Positions 17,805 through 27,644 of a stretch of DNA of 64,000 bases are shown here, one piece after another. The DNA lies in the sequence record MH595538.1. The stretch is one strand, 5' to 3'. The number at the start of each line of letters is the position of its first letter. Position 1 is the first letter of the stretch. A model generated the notes under the pieces. That model had not been told where the DNA came from and did not search any database. It worked only from the letters and a program-made list of their open reading frames with translations. The translations under genes and the position numbers were made by a program.

Positions 17805-18716
17805 ATGAGAGCAAAAGACTATAGGGTAAGTAAAGAGGAGATGCTTAATGTAATTAGCATTATCTCCGAAGATACTTCCGAAGAATTTCTGAAGATTGTC
17901 GAATCGGTCTATCCTTCTGCTTATCGAATGGGTTTAAATAACGCAGCAAGAGTTGCGATGTTTGTGGCTAACTGCGCACATGAGTCTTCTGGTTTCATGA
18001 GACTAGAAGAAAACATGAATTATAGCGCAAAGCGCTTAAGGCAAGTATGGCCTTCTCGTTTTCGCTCATCAGCAACGGCACGTAAATATGCCTATAATCC
18101 TGAAGGCCTAGCTGCTTATGTCTATAATGGCAGAATGGGCAATCGTCCAGGCACTGATGACGGCTGGCGTTATCGAGGTTCTGGATTTATTCAATTAACT
18201 GGACGCAGTAACTTTGAGAAGTATGCAAAGATCACAGGGACTTACATCGATGTAGATCCGGATACATTAAGAAAAGATAAGCACCTGGCTTTGATAACAG
18301 CCATTGCTTATTTCTGTCATCGTCGATATAAAGGCAAGTCATTACTTGAGTGGGCAGATCTAGGCAGTCATATAAATGTCTGTCGTGGAATCAATGGCGG
18401 AACACACGGTCTAAATGAACGCACAGCGAACGCTAGATTGATTCTAGACGTACTTAAAGAAGACGAAGGTGGATTTACCCTGCCTATTGTTAAAAGAGGC
18501 TCTAAGGGCCTTAGAGTGCGTCCTGTGCAATACAAGCTAAAACTGCTTGGTTATAAAATCTACAATGTAGACGGTATTTTCGGTAAAGGAACCGAAGCCG
18601 CTGTTAAACACTTCCAAAGTCGTAATGATTTAAAACCAGACGGCATTGTTGGCGGTAAGACACTGACTGCAATTAATAAAGCTCTATTCTTAAAAGGATA
18701 CGGAGATAAAGTATGA
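17805..18716 (+). CDS. GH19 (chitinase-like) endolysin with a C-terminal peptidoglycan-binding domain
   Basis: FVANCAHESSGF..LEENMNYS, DGWRYRGSGFIQLTGRSNF and RGINGGTHGLNER motifs. C-terminal PG_binding_1 pattern KRGSKG..V..VQ..L...GY....VDGIFG..T..AV..FQ....L.PDGIVG..T. Confidence 0.9.
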   Translation: MRAKDYRVSKEEMLNVISIISEDTSEEFLKIVESVYPSAYRMGLNNAARVAMFVANCAHESSGFMRLEENMNYSAKRLRQVWPSRFRSSATARKYAYNPEGLAAYVYNGRMGNRPGTDDGWRYRGSGFIQLTGRSNFEKYAKITGTYIDVDPDTLRKDKHLALITAIAYFCHRRYKGKSLLEWADLGSHINVCRGINGGTHGLNERTANARLILDVLKEDEGGFTLPIVKRGSKGLRVRPVQYKLKLLGYKIYNVDGIFGKGTEAAVKHFQSRNDLKPDGIVGGKTLTAINKALFLKGYGDKV

Positions 18717-19579
18717 AAAAGATAGAAGACAAACTTGGCAATATGGAATTGGAATCATTGCAAATTGCTAATGTTTTCTTAAGCGGACGATACCATTGTC
18801 AAGATATTGCTAAGTATCGTTCTAGTGCGAATAAAGACCTTGCTTATGCACTGCATATTTCAGATGCAGCCGCTCACCACTATGCGACTTACTTTAAGAA
18901 CCAAACAAATAAAGGTAAGCAGCTAGCAAGAGATGACGCACCTCGTTCTCGCAAAGAGTTTAACAAACGTCGTAACATAATCAATCGCTATCATATGCAG
19001 GTTATGCGTACTTTGTTTGCGAATAAAGAATCACTAACGTTTATTACCAAGCGCCCATTTGTTTGCAGCGGAGTGAGTTCGACAACGGCTATCGCAGGCT
19101 GTATCCGTGAAGCACTACCTATCCTTGCTAAGCATGCCTATGGTGATAAAGGATCGGTTGAGTCGATTATGTTATTGCCAATAATTGACTGGTTAACAGA
19201 AATGGCATGGGGTATTACTCGCGTAACCCGTTATAAAGAAACACTGCCAGTAGATAAATTCTTGTTTGAAAAAGGCCGTCAGTTTATCAGCCATAACTAT
19301 CCTGCTAAAAAAGATATTGAGTTTGCACAAACTACTAAGCCTATTCCGGTGTCTGTTCCTCAGCCAGTGAAAGATATACTGAAGAACATGCTGCCTGAAT
19401 TGACAGATAAACTGCCAGATGACTTTGAGCTGAAATTAGCGAAAGGTGATTTTCTTTGCCTAGGTCAAACAATCTATCGCGCGAAGAAAGATCTACATCT
19501 TTATCGCAGCAGTAATAACGGTATTGTTAAAAGAGATGATAACCAATCTATGTCAATCGAAGATATCGAGTTAGCCTAA
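18713..19579 (+). CDS. Basic hypothetical protein coupled to the endolysin gene
   Basis: 288 aa, ATGA overlap with the endolysin stop. Confidence 0.6.
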   Translation: MKKIEDKLGNMELESLQIANVFLSGRYHCQDIAKYRSSANKDLAYALHISDAAAHHYATYFKNQTNKGKQLARDDAPRSRKEFNKRRNIINRYHMQVMRTLFANKESLTFITKRPFVCSGVSSTTAIAGCIREALPILAKHAYGDKGSVESIMLLPIIDWLTEMAWGITRVTRYKETLPVDKFLFEKGRQFISHNYPAKKDIEFAQTTKPIPVSVPQPVKDILKNMLPELTDKLPDDFELKLAKGDFLCLGQTIYRAKKDLHLYRSSNNGIVKRDDNQSMSIEDIELA

Positions 19580-19588
19580 AAAGTGATG

Positions 19589-19609
19589 CCTGGTCCTTTA
19601 TGGACCGGG
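19589..19609 (+). terminator. Hairpin, probable terminator
   Basis: CCTGGTCC-TTTAT-GGACCGGG. Confidence 0.55.
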
Positions 19610-19610
19610 T

Positions 19611-19620
19611 AATCTTTTGA
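19611..19620 (+). promoter_or_regulatory. Candidate late promoter motif AATCTTTTGA
   Basis: Directly after a hairpin. Identical 10-mer at 42575. Confidence 0.5.
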
Positions 19621-19641
19621 GTTTCATACGGAGAATATCTC

Positions 19642-20394
19642 ATGATCGATAAATTGTTCTATGAAGTAGATCAGACACAGACAATGCGAACAGCACTTCC
19701 GATTAAATGTTTGGAAGATGGTCGTTGGTCTTTGACTGCAAACTTCGATCTCGTCGATAGCAAGGACAATAAAATCTATCAGCGTCCCAGTGAAGTTGAT
19801 CTAGATAAAGTTGTTTTTGAAAACGTCACAGACATGGGTGCTAACCCTGTTCCTCTTATCTTGCTATTTACCCTAGCTGTTAAGCCTTTATATCATGTCA
19901 GTAAAGATAACATTCTGGATCCTGCAATAGGCATCAAAGTAACAGTTACTAACGGCAGCTTTACCGGCTATACTGCAACGCAGGTTTACTGGGATTTCCC
20001 TGAGACAGGCGTTCCTCATGCAGACAATGGAGGTGCTTACATGCATGTACCTGGCGCATCAGACTTTGTTGTAAACGCACAGGGTCAAGTACGTCAGCTA
20101 TCTACAGATTCTATTATCACTCCTGGGACTAACCGAGGCAATAAGATTCTGGTTAAAAGCGATGTAGGCATTGAGGAAGAAGTAGAAATTCCTAAATTGG
20201 TGCTTGCTGCTTTCGGTAAATATAAGTACGATACTGCAACTAAAGAACCGATCTTCCTAGACGGAGATTCTTCTAACATCGCATTAGCCAATCTATCTCT
20301 AGACATGACTGTCGATACCGCCGCTGCTCGTGCAGCTACGACCAATGAAGAGTTACGAGTAACCAACACAATCATTGAACCCGTAGTCGAGTAG
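19642..20394 (+). CDS. Probable virion protein, beta-rich
   Basis: 250 aa, GGAG RBS, late-motif upstream. Confidence 0.55.
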   Translation: MIDKLFYEVDQTQTMRTALPIKCLEDGRWSLTANFDLVDSKDNKIYQRPSEVDLDKVVFENVTDMGANPVPLILLFTLAVKPLYHVSKDNILDPAIGIKVTVTNGSFTGYTATQVYWDFPETGVPHADNGGAYMHVPGASDFVVNAQGQVRQLSTDSIITPGTNRGNKILVKSDVGIEEEVEIPKLVLAAFGKYKYDTATKEPIFLDGDSSNIALANLSLDMTVDTAAARAATTNEELRVTNTIIEPVVE

Positions 20395-20408
20395 TAAAGG
20401 AGGACAGA

Positions 20409-20762
20409 ATGTCTATTAGGCAGGCAGCAGGTATGATTCTCGCAACCCACGAGAATTTCGAATCCCCGATGGATATACGAGTAAGCGTCAGTACTGCTTA
20501 CTTAATTGAAACCTACATGGAGGTAAGTGACAAGTCCAATGTTAAGCTTAGACTTAAAAAGGCGCATTTTCCGATCAAGAAGTTCAGGTTGGGAATGAGC
20601 GCTATTTCGTATGGAGATAGAACATCCGCGATCGAACTCTTAAATAACGACGACAGTAAATTCACTGTGTATAGTTATGAGGACTTTGCTGTGTTCTTGA
20701 AAGAAATAGCAGGAGACCTGTATGAATTTGCCGTATGTTCAGAATGGAGACATTCTAACTGA
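20409..20762 (+). CDS. Hypothetical protein
   Basis: 117 aa, GGAGGA RBS. Confidence 0.6.
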   Translation: MSIRQAAGMILATHENFESPMDIRVSVSTAYLIETYMEVSDKSNVKLRLKKAHFPIKKFRLGMSAISYGDRTSAIELLNNDDSKFTVYSYEDFAVFLKEIAGDLYEFAVCSEWRHSN

Positions 20763-20916
20763 CTCTAAAGATAAACGTGTTTACGAAGTTAACCATGTAA
20801 GAAGCATGATCACATGTCTCATTATAGAAGCTTATGATGATGAACAAGAAAAGACAACGATAGTAATTAATGCTATCAATGCACATCGTTTCTCTATTAA
20901 CAAGCCTGTCCCCTAA
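20722..20916 (+). CDS. Small hypothetical protein
   Basis: 64 aa, GGAG RBS, overlaps the upstream gene. Confidence 0.5.
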   Translation: MNLPYVQNGDILTDSKDKRVYEVNHVRSMITCLIIEAYDDEQEKTTIVINAINAHRFSINKPVP

Positions 20917-20925
20917 GGGGACAGG
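20905..20925 (+). terminator. Intrinsic terminator
   Basis: CCTGTCCCC-TAA-GGGGACAGG followed by an AT/T-rich tail. Confidence 0.7.
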
Positions 20926-20953
20926 TATTATATCATCTTTTTATTTTTTGTCG

Positions 20954-20963
20954 AATAGATTGA
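20954..20963 (+). promoter_or_regulatory. Candidate late promoter motif AATAGATTGA
   Basis: Follows a terminator. Identical 10-mer at 56764. Confidence 0.5.
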
Positions 20964-21069
20964 GGCCATACGGCAGTAACGAAATTGAATTTTATTCTAA
21001 TAAGCAGTGAGCTAGGACACTTTAAAATTTTCAATTAAAACATCAATCCCTTCTACTGAGGACCGCTAT

Positions 21070-24000
21070 ATGTCTACAAGAGCACCTGCACCGTATAGTG
21101 TGCAATGGTACCAGCAGTTACTAAGAATGGCTGCAACAACCGCAGAAAAAGATAACGACGGCGATGGATTTCCTGACACAATAGGTGGCGGCGGTTCATC
21201 AATCGATCTTTACGATCAATCTAAATCATACGATGCCGGGGACTTGGTCATCCGTAACGATGACTTATTCCAGGCAAACCAAGATATTCCGGCAGGAACT
21301 AACTTCGTTATTGGCCTATCCGGCTATACCTGGCGTGAGATATCGTCATCTGTATTAGTTGCTGCTGACTTCACTGCTGGACGCAACTATCCTGAAAACG
21401 CACTTGTCATTCGCGATAACGTTTTATTGCGCGCTAAAGTAGAGATTGCAGGCGGACCATTCTCCATCAACCAATGGGAAAAGTTACAGGTAGAGAATGC
21501 CGTCAAATTGACTCTAGCTGGCTATGACGAAACCAAAACCTATGACTCTAACCAAATGATCCTGGACAACGGCATGCTTAAGTACGCCAATCAGGATGGC
21601 ATCACAGGAACATTCGATGCTTCAAAATGGGAAACCGTCACAGCCAACTTTACTTTGAAACTCAGAGATTATGTGAATAACGGAGAGTTTACAGAAGGCG
21701 AATTGGTCCTTTATGATAAGCGCATGTATAAGGCAAATTCTGATTTGTCTAATCCCGGTGATTTCGATCCAGCTGACTGGACCATTGTAGGAGGATCTGG
21801 CGGGATTCCTGCATATCTTTCATCTAATACTTACTTAGAAGGCGATGTTGTCACTCAAGGTGATTATATTTATCGCGCTAAAGAATCGGGCATCTCTGGT
21901 GCATGGAACGTAAGTAAATGGGAAGAGATTGCCGGTCGCTCTCGCATGCGTGGTGATTTTGTAACGGGCACTAGCGTTGTTTATAAAGCTTCAGATGTCG
22001 TCTTCCACGAAGGACAGTTATGGAAAGCAAATTCCACTATCACTGGACCAGAGGACTTTAATGTAGGTACGTCTGGCGCAACATGGAGCTCTCTGTCTCG
22101 TAAAGGATCAATCACTCCATATTTCACTGACCATTTCTATGTAAAAGGCGATCATGTAATTTATGATCGTCGCATCTGGTCTGCTAAAGACTCTAAACTT
22201 CACGGTGCGTGGAAAGAAGAAGAGTGGGATTTTGTTGCGGATGTTGATATCATTCTTAATGGATATTCGGCAGCACGCAAGTATTTCTCTGGCAACCTTA
22301 TTCGCGTTGGCAAGAAGATCTATTCTTGTCGAATAGACATCGAACCAAAAGCATTCGATCTCGATGATTGGGAAGATGTTTCAGGCGTGATGCAGGGCGA
22401 GCATGATAGTACTCGTGCTTATGAAAAAGATGTGATTGTCATTAAGAATAATCGCTTCTATCGCGCTAACGGCAATATCCCTAAAAACACTAACTTCTCT
22501 GAAGGTACGTCGGGAACTCAGTTCACTGAGATTTCTCCTCCGGCAAATCCTAGTGCTCCTGACTGGGCAGACGGGGTAACTTACGCTCGATTTGATCTAG
22601 TCATCAATGAGGGCACGCTATTCCGCTGTACAACAGAACATACGGCAGATGGTTCTTTTGATGCATCTAAGTTCACCTCGTTGAAAGCAGATGCTGCCGC
22701 AGTTGTTGCTGAATTTGAAACTGGGGTAAACTACGTCAAGGAGCAATTAATTGTTTCAGCCGGCACCTTATGGCGAGCACGCAAAGCGATTACGAACTCT
22801 ACGGCGGACGATGGTCCAGAAGGAGCTAACTCAGCGACTAACTGGCAAGCCGTATCCTTGACTTACATCAATATCTCTGATCATAGCGCCACAACTTATC
22901 GTCAGAATGAATTGACAGTTAAGAATGGTAAACTGTATCGTGCGAATAGAAACATAGATTCTGCAATCGCGTTTAGCCTCGATGACTGGGATCCTATTTC
23001 AGAAGAGACGCTGGTAGTTAAGGAGTTCTCTGATAGCGATACCTATAAGAAAGATCAGATTGTTCATCGTAACGAGCTTCTTTATATTGCCGTGTCAGAT
23101 CTGACCGCTGGCGCATGGGATGATTCCAATTGGATGAGCGTTAATCCGCGCAATCCATGGAGAGGAAACTTCTCTAGCTCGGGAGTCTATCAAGTCGATG
23201 ACATGGTCGTTCACGAACAGTCTCTCTGGCGTTCAACAGCCGCTACTGATGGCGAAGTATTCAGCACGAATAACTGGGAGCGTGTTAGTGGCAATATTGG
23301 CGCAAGAACATGGACTAGTGGAACTACTTTCCATAAAGGCGATTTCGTTACCAACGACAAAAAGCTTTACGTGGCAAATAGTCGATTCACAGCTACTTCG
23401 ACATTCAGTGATAGTAACCTGACTCTAGTCGGAGATTTTCAGACGACGATTGAAGACTACTCAAACTCTGAGACCTATAAGGTTAAAGATCTCGTGATTC
23501 ATGCCGGTGCAATCTGGAAATGTGAGCAAGACATCGATACTGCTGAAACCTTCGATGCGAATAAATGGAAGATGATTGCTAGAGTCAAAGCCATTGTTTC
23601 GGCGCATGATTCCACTCTAGCGTATGACGAAGGCGAGCAAGTTATTTACGATAACAAGCTTTATATTGCAACAAAAGATCTTGCAGTTAATACAGCCTTT
23701 GACGCTGATTCCGGAGACTGGCTATTGGTATCTAGTGACGCAGTGGTTACTGAAGCCTGGGAAGCAACAACCGCAGTGACTTCAGGCGAAGTAAGATTCG
23801 TTAACGGCGTCCGTATGAAGTCTCGCTCGGCGAGAACAACCGGCGGCACTTTAGATGATACTGAGTTATCTAACTGGGTTCTAGAGGCGGTTACGTCCAG
23901 TAACAAAGCAACGCTGACATGGGATGTTGCGAAGGTGATTACCCCTGGTATGCTTATCGACCTAGACGGAAAGATATATGAGGCGAATGGCACGCTAGTT

Positions 24001-24201
24001 AATGGCTCAGCATTGACTACTGAAACTGACCTTCCATCTAATGACATTGGGGTTGTTAAAGCGCTAGGTTATCGCTTTAAACTCAATGGCTTTGATGTCA
24101 CCAGTGATGTCTCTGCAGGCACCGATTCATCCAGAATGAAGTTTGCTACAGTCCATATCGATAAAGGCGATAAGATTGAGGTCTTACCTCCGGTCGTTTA
24201 A
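21070..24201 (+). CDS. Putative virion fibre/adhesin with about 19 CBM5/12-like repeats (N-module A)
   Basis: About 19 tandem 45-50-aa units of the pattern (W/Y/F)....Y..GD.V......Y.A......F....W, counted by eye. N-terminus APAPYSVQW...AEKDNDGDGFPD. Confidence 0.7.
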   Translation: MSTRAPAPYSVQWYQQLLRMAATTAEKDNDGDGFPDTIGGGGSSIDLYDQSKSYDAGDLVIRNDDLFQANQDIPAGTNFVIGLSGYTWREISSSVLVAADFTAGRNYPENALVIRDNVLLRAKVEIAGGPFSINQWEKLQVENAVKLTLAGYDETKTYDSNQMILDNGMLKYANQDGITGTFDASKWETVTANFTLKLRDYVNNGEFTEGELVLYDKRMYKANSDLSNPGDFDPADWTIVGGSGGIPAYLSSNTYLEGDVVTQGDYIYRAKESGISGAWNVSKWEEIAGRSRMRGDFVTGTSVVYKASDVVFHEGQLWKANSTITGPEDFNVGTSGATWSSLSRKGSITPYFTDHFYVKGDHVIYDRRIWSAKDSKLHGAWKEEEWDFVADVDIILNGYSAARKYFSGNLIRVGKKIYSCRIDIEPKAFDLDDWEDVSGVMQGEHDSTRAYEKDVIVIKNNRFYRANGNIPKNTNFSEGTSGTQFTEISPPANPSAPDWADGVTYARFDLVINEGTLFRCTTEHTADGSFDASKFTSLKADAAAVVAEFETGVNYVKEQLIVSAGTLWRARKAITNSTADDGPEGANSATNWQAVSLTYINISDHSATTYRQNELTVKNGKLYRANRNIDSAIAFSLDDWDPISEETLVVKEFSDSDTYKKDQIVHRNELLYIAVSDLTAGAWDDSNWMSVNPRNPWRGNFSSSGVYQVDDMVVHEQSLWRSTAATDGEVFSTNNWERVSGNIGARTWTSGTTFHKGDFVTNDKKLYVANSRFTATSTFSDSNLTLVGDFQTTIEDYSNSETYKVKDLVIHAGAIWKCEQDIDTAETFDANKWKMIARVKAIVSAHDSTLAYDEGEQVIYDNKLYIATKDLAVNTAFDADSGDWLLVSSDAVVTEAWEATTAVTSGEVRFVNGVRMKSRSARTTGGTLDDTELSNWVLEAVTSSNKATLTWDVAKVITPGMLIDLDGKIYEANGTLVNGSALTTETDLPSNDIGVVKALGYRFKLNGFDVTSDVSAGTDSSRMKFATVHIDKGDKIEVLPPVV

Positions 24202-24204
24202 TAT

Positions 24205-24220
24205 GAGGGCTTCGGCCCTC
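24205..24220 (+). terminator. UUCG hairpin (terminator or processing stem)
   Basis: GAGGGC-TTCG-GCCCTC with a weak T-tract. Confidence 0.5.
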
Positions 24221-24257
24221 TCTTAACCTATCAGATCAAAATTAAAGAGGTTTTCAA

Positions 24258-25865
24258 ATGGGACCAAATCAAAGTCAAATCCGTGACTTACTTAAGGCTG
24301 ATGTCGCAGCTGCTAATGCCGCTACTGCCCAAGGAAAAGTATGTTACATTGTCTCACTAAAGGGATGGTTCGTTGGTACAGCTGGCAGTAAGTCCGCTAA
24401 TAACATCGATGTCGTCGATTCAGCAGATGATGGCTTTTACTGGGCTTCTACAGGAGGCAGTGGCCTACTGAAAGGACAGTGGAATCAGTCTGGCGTATAT
24501 CGCGACAATGTCTATGTCACGCATAGAAACATTCTATGGCGGTCTACTAAAGATCTAACTGGTGCAAATACAGAGCCTTCGTTTACTAATGACGATTGGG
24601 CAGCAGAAGCTACTGATGATAATATCTATAGTTATGATAAGACTGAGACTTATATTGCCGGAACCACGTTCCGCATCGAAGATCGTCTATATCGTTTAAC
24701 GACAGATTATGACGGAACAGAAATAGGCGATCAGAAAGAACATGCTGAACAGGTTACATCTGGCGTACTTGCTAAACTGGGCAGTGCTGTTCCTATTCTT
24801 TCTGATTTCAATCCGGCATACACTTACTTCAAGGACGAGTTTGTTTTCTATAATCGCTCCCTATATCGCTGTAAGAAATCATCAACAAAAGCAGCTTTCA
24901 GCACCGAAAACTGGGAGTTGCTATGGGATCCCCAAGTAGCCCACTTAAGCTGGGATCACGTTCCTATTACTGAGGGTGAGCTTAGAATCTTTGGCAATGC
25001 GATCTTGAAAGCTAAGTTGAGTAAAACCGACGAGTACGAAGGCTCAGTGACTAAACCTCCGCTCAGTGACTATGAGTTCTATGATCAACTCAAAATTGAA
25101 TCATGGAGTTCAGGCAGCAAGGACCTGATTACAGGAATGGTTTATACTGACGGCATAGGGTCGACATGGCGCGGGAATGTCGATGGCAGTGAACTAGTTG
25201 AAACTGTCGCTTATGCTGATCGCGCGGATAAATCCATTCTTATGTCGGTTGGCTGTGAAATTACAGACTGGTCGCCGAGTACGAAAAAGTCCGTCGCTAA
25301 AGGACAGAAATTTAAATACAATAATGCTATCATGCGTTCTACCACTACTCACTTAGAAGCAGATACTGTATCTAAACCTAGTGAGCAAGGAGCCGGAGTT
25401 TATGTATTTGAAAGCCATCATCCCGAAGTAAGTCTTAATAAGCTCATCAAGGCCTCTGACCTTTCAGTGAGTAATGCAGTCGCATCAACAGTCTACTTGT
25501 CTCCGGATCAGCACGGTAATATTTACGGAACGGTTTATCGCGTTTACTTTGGTCAATTGACTGATGACCTGACCGAAATTGTAACTGGCATGGGTACAGT
25601 CAAGCTCATTAATTCCAGTTTTGAGACCTCAGTATGGGTGTCCGAAGATAGAGGCAGCACAACCGCCAACTATCGAGAGGTACATTCAGGAGTGAACTGG
25701 CCATCAGATCCAGTGTTCCGTGTCCGAGCTATTGTTGATCTCACATCCGGAGAAACAGCAAAGATTAAGGTACAGCAAGGTAAGTCAGTCCGCGTAGAAT
25801 CTGGATGGATTGATTTCACTAGTACGAATTCGGCACTTAAAGATACTGGCGATATCATTAACTAA
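24258..25865 (+). CDS. Putative fibre protein with a tailspike-like N-domain and about 6 CBM5/12-like repeats
   Basis: N-terminal LLKA...GKVCYI...ANNIDVV...GFYW resembles tailspike N-domains. Repeats such as DFNPAYTYFKDEFVFYNRSLYRC...W. Confidence 0.6.
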   Translation: MGPNQSQIRDLLKADVAAANAATAQGKVCYIVSLKGWFVGTAGSKSANNIDVVDSADDGFYWASTGGSGLLKGQWNQSGVYRDNVYVTHRNILWRSTKDLTGANTEPSFTNDDWAAEATDDNIYSYDKTETYIAGTTFRIEDRLYRLTTDYDGTEIGDQKEHAEQVTSGVLAKLGSAVPILSDFNPAYTYFKDEFVFYNRSLYRCKKSSTKAAFSTENWELLWDPQVAHLSWDHVPITEGELRIFGNAILKAKLSKTDEYEGSVTKPPLSDYEFYDQLKIESWSSGSKDLITGMVYTDGIGSTWRGNVDGSELVETVAYADRADKSILMSVGCEITDWSPSTKKSVAKGQKFKYNNAIMRSTTTHLEADTVSKPSEQGAGVYVFESHHPEVSLNKLIKASDLSVSNAVASTVYLSPDQHGNIYGTVYRVYFGQLTDDLTEIVTGMGTVKLINSSFETSVWVSEDRGSTTANYREVHSGVNWPSDPVFRVRAIVDLTSGETAKIKVQQGKSVRVESGWIDFTSTNSALKDTGDIIN

Positions 25866-26012
25866 CCTATCTCTCTGCTGGCTACTGCCAGCAGAGAATA
25901 GCAAATCTTTTAGTGCTTGTGCCACGGAAGGTGCAGCAAACGTATTAACACGGATGTACTGGTCCCCGGAGGGACCAGTATGCGCTTTTATATTTTTCAA
26001 AAGGAAAGGACT
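25866..26012 (+). ncRNA. Candidate structured leader or small RNA with three hairpins
   Basis: 11-bp stem at 25872-25897, late motif at 25904-25913, GU-rich stem at about 25914-25938, 10-bp stem at 25957-25980 followed by a T-rich run. Confidence 0.3.
25904..25913 (+). promoter_or_regulatory. Candidate late promoter motif AATCTTTTAG
   Basis: Identical 10-mer at 39226. Confidence 0.5.
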
Positions 26013-27644
26013 ATGACTGGACCAGCTCCATATAGCCTTCAATGGCATAAACAAATTGCAAAAAGAGCAGCCTCTACTGCCGAACGAGATCATGACGATG
26101 ATGGTTTTCCAGATGATTTAGGATCGGAAGGACAGACGCTCCCGCCTGGCGTCGAGTTTAGACCAGGTGCGGAAGAAGGCATTCTGGAGATTTGGGATAC
26201 TTCGGATTCTGACAATGCCGTATTGATAGGTTCTATTTCCAGAGATGTTTCTTATTTTAGAAACACAGTAGAAACAGGGTCGGCCTCCTATAAGTTCGGC
26301 GGCAAACATACTTTAGGCTCTGCTGGCGAACAGGCAGGTTTCCTTAACTTGATTTCTTTGATCTTCTATGCGCCTTCTATTTGGGAAGGAACAAGTCAAG
26401 ACGGCACTTCATTGTTTTTGTCAAGACGAAGAATTCATGGTAAACGAGGCACTTACATATCAGAGCCAAATGGATATAAGAACTTCTTTGTTGACTATGA
26501 TATGATCCGCACTCCTCCGGTTAACATGGTTGCCTATAGTGCAAGCTCTGTGATTGAAAGCTATGCCGGGGAAGTGGAGCTGCATGTATTTCAGGGCGGT
26601 GAAGAAATCAGTGCCATGACGGGTAATGTCATCAGTGATGGTAATTCACTAACGAAGCTAGATTTTAAATATCCGCTTTATTTAGAAGCCGATGTGCCAA
26701 TACGTTATGTGCTTACTAAACCCGACGGTACAATAATCCGAGCTAAAGCAGACAATAGCGTCGACGAAAAGGCTTATTACGAAGCGGAGTATCGCACCTG
26801 GAAGGAAATACAGCCCGTCATTGGCGAAGAGATCGTTAAAGAGAGTATTGATTATATTAATAATGTTCATTACATCACTGATACCACCGCAGGTCCAATC
26901 ACGCTGTCTGCAGAATCAACAACCGATCTGCTTAACTTCAGGGTCACTACTCTAGCCATGGTAGATGCGACTAATAAGGTTATTGTTAATCTCGGTACAG
27001 CAGGCAACTTTGAGATTGTACATCCTAATGCATCTTATTCGTTTCTTAAGGACGATGATAAGTGGTGTGTCCTGAATGAGATCACTGGGGAGTCAGTGGA
27101 GATGTCGGGTACCGATAAGACTTCAACTGATAATAAGGATTTCTTTTCAGGCGGTGCGCAAGCATCAGGAGATACGGTTGTATCGGGAGAATTGGCCGAG
27201 TCGGATGCCAGTCCTGTTGTCGCCAGTCTAACTGCTGATGCATGGACTGATCTTAAGTTCACGACAGTAGCTGAAACTATTACCGACAAACCCGCTGATC
27301 TAAGTCAAGTTTTATGGACAAGCGATAAATTTAATTTATCTCAATTAGCAAAAGGCGACAGTGTCGAAATAGAAGTATCATTTACTGTAACGCCTAACGT
27401 GAATAATGCCAGTATCGATTTAAGATTTGTACATACAGAAGACTCCTCGGTAAATGAAGAATTCAATATTGGGCGTTTAACAGAAGGTGCCGGAGAGGAT
27501 TACAATCTAAAAGCATCCTTTGTTAAATCCATCAATCATGATGATGCATTGACTGATGGCATTCAGATTCAAGTTAAGTCTACGCAGGCAGCTTCCGCTT
27601 CGCTAGAACAGATCGTATTCACACTGAACAGAAGGAGTGAATAA
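26013..27644 (+). CDS. Putative virion protein (N-module A, internal DTTAGPITL gp9-like motif, C-terminal beta-sandwich)
   Basis: Start moved to ATG 26013 (AGGA RBS). MTGPAPYSLQW...AERDHDDDGFPD. Confidence 0.65.
   Translation: MTGPAPYSLQWHKQIAKRAASTAERDHDDDGFPDDLGSEGQTLPPGVEFRPGAEEGILEIWDTSDSDNAVLIGSISRDVSYFRNTVETGSASYKFGGKHTLGSAGEQAGFLNLISLIFYAPSIWEGTSQDGTSLFLSRRRIHGKRGTYISEPNGYKNFFVDYDMIRTPPVNMVAYSASSVIESYAGEVELHVFQGGEEISAMTGNVISDGNSLTKLDFKYPLYLEADVPIRYVLTKPDGTIIRAKADNSVDEKAYYEAEYRTWKEIQPVIGEEIVKESIDYINNVHYITDTTAGPITLSAESTTDLLNFRVTTLAMVDATNKVIVNLGTAGNFEIVHPNASYSFLKDDDKWCVLNEITGESVEMSGTDKTSTDNKDFFSGGAQASGDTVVSGELAESDASPVVASLTADAWTDLKFTTVAETITDKPADLSQVLWTSDKFNLSQLAKGDSVEIEVSFTVTPNVNNASIDLRFVHTEDSSVNEEFNIGRLTEGAGEDYNLKASFVKSINHDDALTDGIQIQVKSTQAASASLEQIVFTLNRRSE

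Noticed and set aside
21200-24100. Firm chitin-binding assignment for the repeats
   Set aside because: The adjacent tryptophan pair typical of chitin-binding CBM5/12 is missing, so the call is kept as CBM-like with unknown ligand.
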